A stretch of DNA of 64,000 nucleotides from NCBI GenBank assembly GCA_944383705.1, contig CALWQR010000002.1:5118-69117 (forward strand). The letters are read 5' to 3'. The DNA is from an uncultured Clostridia bacterium (GTDB lineage: Bacteria; Bacillota; Clostridia; Oscillospirales; CAG-272). A program made the position numbers and the translations under genes. Shown here piece after piece: positions 61,515 through 64,000 of the stretch (position 1 is the stretch's first letter; each line of letters opens with the position of its first letter). Below the pieces are notes generated by a model. The model was given only the letters and a program-made list of their open reading frames with translations. It searched no databases and was not told the DNA's origin.

Positions 61515-64000
61515 TGGTATACAGAGTGTTTGTGGAAAAGAAAAAGGAGCTGGCCAACGAGGCGAGGGCGCTGCTTGCCGACGCGCGCGGGCTGCTCGGC
61601 ATCCGGAGCCTGCGCGACGTGCGCGTCATCAACCGCTACGACGCCGAAAACATCGCTCCCGAGCTGTTCGAGTACGCCAAGCGCACGGTATTCTCCGAGC
61701 CGCAGCTGGATCTGGTGTCGGACAGCCCCGACCTGACCGGTGCCGCGGTGTTTGCCGTGGAGTATCTTCCCGGGCAGTTCGATCAGCGCGCCGATTCGGC
61801 GGCCCAGTGCATTCAGATCATCTCAACCGGCGAGCGCCCGCTGGTGCGCACCGCCAAGCTCTATGCGCTCTACGGTGAGCTGACCGACGCCGAGCTGGCA
61901 GAAATCAAAAAGTATGTGATCAACCCGGTGGAGGCGCGGGAGGCCAGCCTCGCGCTGCCCGAAACGCTGCGGATGACGTATGAGATCCCCACCCGCGTCA
62001 AAACCGTAGAGGGCTTTCTCGGCTTTGACCGCGCCGCGCTCGAGCGGATGCTCGAGAGCTACGGGCTGGCGATGGACATCGACGACCTCGCCTTCTGCCA
62101 GGACTATTTCCGCCGGGAGGGAAGGGACCCGACCGTCACCGAGATCCGTATGATCGATACCTACTGGTCGGATCACTGCCGGCACACCACCTTTGGCACG
62201 GTCATTGACCGCGTGGAATTTGAGGACGAGCTGCTTCAGCAGACCTATGAGGAGTATCTGGAGCTGCGCCGGCGCCTCGGGCGCACCAAGCCGGTCTGCC
62301 TGATGGACATCGCCACGCTGGCGGTGAAGCATCTGCGGGCAGCCGGAAAGCTGGACAAGCTGGACGAATCCGAGGAGATCAACGCCTGCACGGTCAAAAT
62401 CAGCGTGGAGGTGGACGGCGAGAAACAGCCCTGGCTGCTGCTCTTCAAGAACGAAACCCACAACCACCCCACCGAAATCGAGCCGTTCGGCGGTGCGGCA
62501 ACCTGCATCGGGGGCGCCATCCGCGACCCGCTCTCGGGCCGTTCCTATGTGTACGGAGCCATGCGCGTGACCGGCGCGGCCGACCCGCTCCTCCCGGTTT
62601 CCGAGACGCTCAAGGGCAAGCTGCCCCAGCGCAAAATCGTCACCACCGCCGCGGCGGGCTATTCCTCCTACGGCAACCAGATCGGCCTTGCCACCGGCAT
62701 TGTGGATGAAATCTATCATCCCGGCTATGCGGCCAAGCGCATGGAGATCGGCGCGGTGATTGCCGCGGCGCCGGCCGCAAATGTCCGCCGCGAGCGTCCC
62801 GCGCCCGGCGACGTGGTCATTCTGCTGGGGGGCAGCACCGGTCGGGACGGCTGCGGGGGAGCGACCGGCTCCTCCAAGTCGCACAACGCCCACTCGCTCG
62901 AGAGCTGCGGCGCCGAGGTGCAGAAGGGCAACGCCCCCGAGGAGCGCAAGCTCCAGCGGCTGTTCCGCAATCCCGCGGCCTGCCGCATGATCAAGCGCTG
63001 CAACGATTTCGGCGCGGGCGGCGTGTCGGTTGCCATCGGCGAGCTGGCCGACGGGCTGGACATTGACCTCAACGCGGTTCCCAAAAAGTACGAGGGGCTG
63101 GACGGCACCGAGCTTGCCATCAGCGAGTCGCAGGAGCGCATGGCCGTGGTGGTGGAGGCACAGGATGTGGAGGGCTTTCTTGCTCTGGCCGACGCCGAGA
63201 ACCTGCAGGCCTGCCCGGTTGCAACCGTCACCGAGCAGGCGCGGCTGGTCATGCACTGGAACGGCCAGACCATTGTGGACGTGAGCCGCGAGTTCCTCGG
63301 CTCCAACGGGGCGGAGAAGCACATTTCGGTGCGTGCCGCAAAGCCGCAGAGCTACGAGCGGGAGATTTCCGGCTCCTTCGGGGAGAACTACCGCCGGCTG
63401 GCAGGCGACCTGAATATCTGCTCCAAGCGCGGGCTTTCCGAGCGCTTTGATTCGACCATCGGCGCGGGAACCGTGCTGATGCCGTTCGGCGGCAAATATC
63501 AGCTCACCCCGATTCAGAGCATGGTGCAGAAAATTTCGGTGGAGAAGCAGCACACCGACGACTGCTCACTGATGTCCTGGGGCTTCAACCCCTTCATCAC
63601 CGAAAAAAGCCCCTACCACGGGGCGTACCTTGCGGTGGTCGAGTCGGTGTGCAAGCTGATTGCCACCGGCGCGGACTTCCGCGACGTTTACCTGACCTTC
63701 CAGGAGTATTTTGAAAAGCTGGGCAAGGATCCCGCGCGCTGGGGCAAGCCGCTTTCGGCGCTGCTGGGGGCCTTCAAGGCACAGCTGGAGCTGGGTGTGG
63801 GCGCCATCGGCGGCAAGGACTCGATGAGCGGCTCGTTTGAGCAGCTCGACGTTCCCCCCACGCTGGTTTCGTTCGCCGTGACCACCCAGAAAACCGCCGA
63901 CATTGTCTCTCCCGAATTCAAGAGGGCGGGGGATCGGGTGATTCTGCTCACTCCGGCATATCAGGAAAGCGGTCTGCCCGAGACGGCTTCGCTGCTCGCG
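61515..64000 (+). CDS. purL: Phosphoribosylformylglycinamidine synthase, single-chain large type (3' end outside window)
   Basis: Not in the ORF track because no stop falls inside the window. Read by hand from TTG 61515 (AAGGAGGA RBS 8 nt upstream), the frame gives MVYRVFVEKKKELANEARALL...TYWSDHCRHTTF...ETHNHPTEIEPFGGAATCIGG. It remains open to 64000. Confidence 0.9.

Noticed and set aside
1-64000. Mobile genetic element, prophage, integron or defence island carrying the repeat elements
   Set aside because: No transposase, integrase, recombinase, phage structural gene, cas gene or restriction-modification gene was recognisable in any frame. Flanking genes are ordinary housekeeping operons. 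The repeats are therefore treated as non-autonomous elements.

Overview
GC-rich chromosomal segment. Gene content suggests a Clostridia-type Firmicute, possibly Oscillospirales-like, but that is inferred from gene families only and no search was possible. It is almost entirely housekeeping.

Gene order:
- lspA (partial), rluD, an MBL hydrolase and a P-loop kinase.
- A 1.2k-aa surface protein, a frameshifted TetR and a decayed acyl-adenylate ligase locus.
- Hemolysin III, an rluA-like synthase and birA.
- An unknown protein plus NERD pair, and a DUF4965 glutaminase-like protein.
- A DeoR regulator with a HAD phosphatase / glycerol-1-phosphate dehydrogenase pair.
- A TIGR03960-type radical SAM protein, a 1278-aa repeat-rich protein with a degenerate P-type-ATPase-like C-terminus, and rlmB.
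- An alcohol dehydrogenase / flavodoxin / TetR / flavodoxin-lipoprotein cluster.
- GDPD, dut and class I LysRS.
- A polytopic membrane protein, an ABC exporter, a BSD-like deaminase and a GNAT.
- A pyr operon behind a leader terminator: pyrR-pyrC-carB-pyrK-pyrD-pyrF-[2 small ORFs]-pyrE-pyrB-pyrI.
- A ZTP-riboswitch-controlled pur operon running off the window: purE-purF-purM-purN-purO-like-purH(AICARFT)-glyA-purD-purL.

No rRNA, tRNA, CRISPR array, transposase or phage gene was recognised. Many long antisense ORFs in the track are GC-driven shadow ORFs.

The most unusual signal is a family of ORF-less composite palindromic repeat elements, 0.6-0.9 kb long. Three copies are present (19568-20183, 37265-38150, 41725-42339). 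Each lies directly after a stop codon and carries nested long hairpins, a variable heptanucleotide tract and terminator-like hairpins.

Other points worth a second look:
- A PurF homolog lacking the N-terminal catalytic cysteine.
- A P-type-ATPase-like protein with no recognisable catalytic motifs.
- No carA in the pyr operon.
- A NERD two-gene module.
- Twin palindromic operators on the adh promoter.
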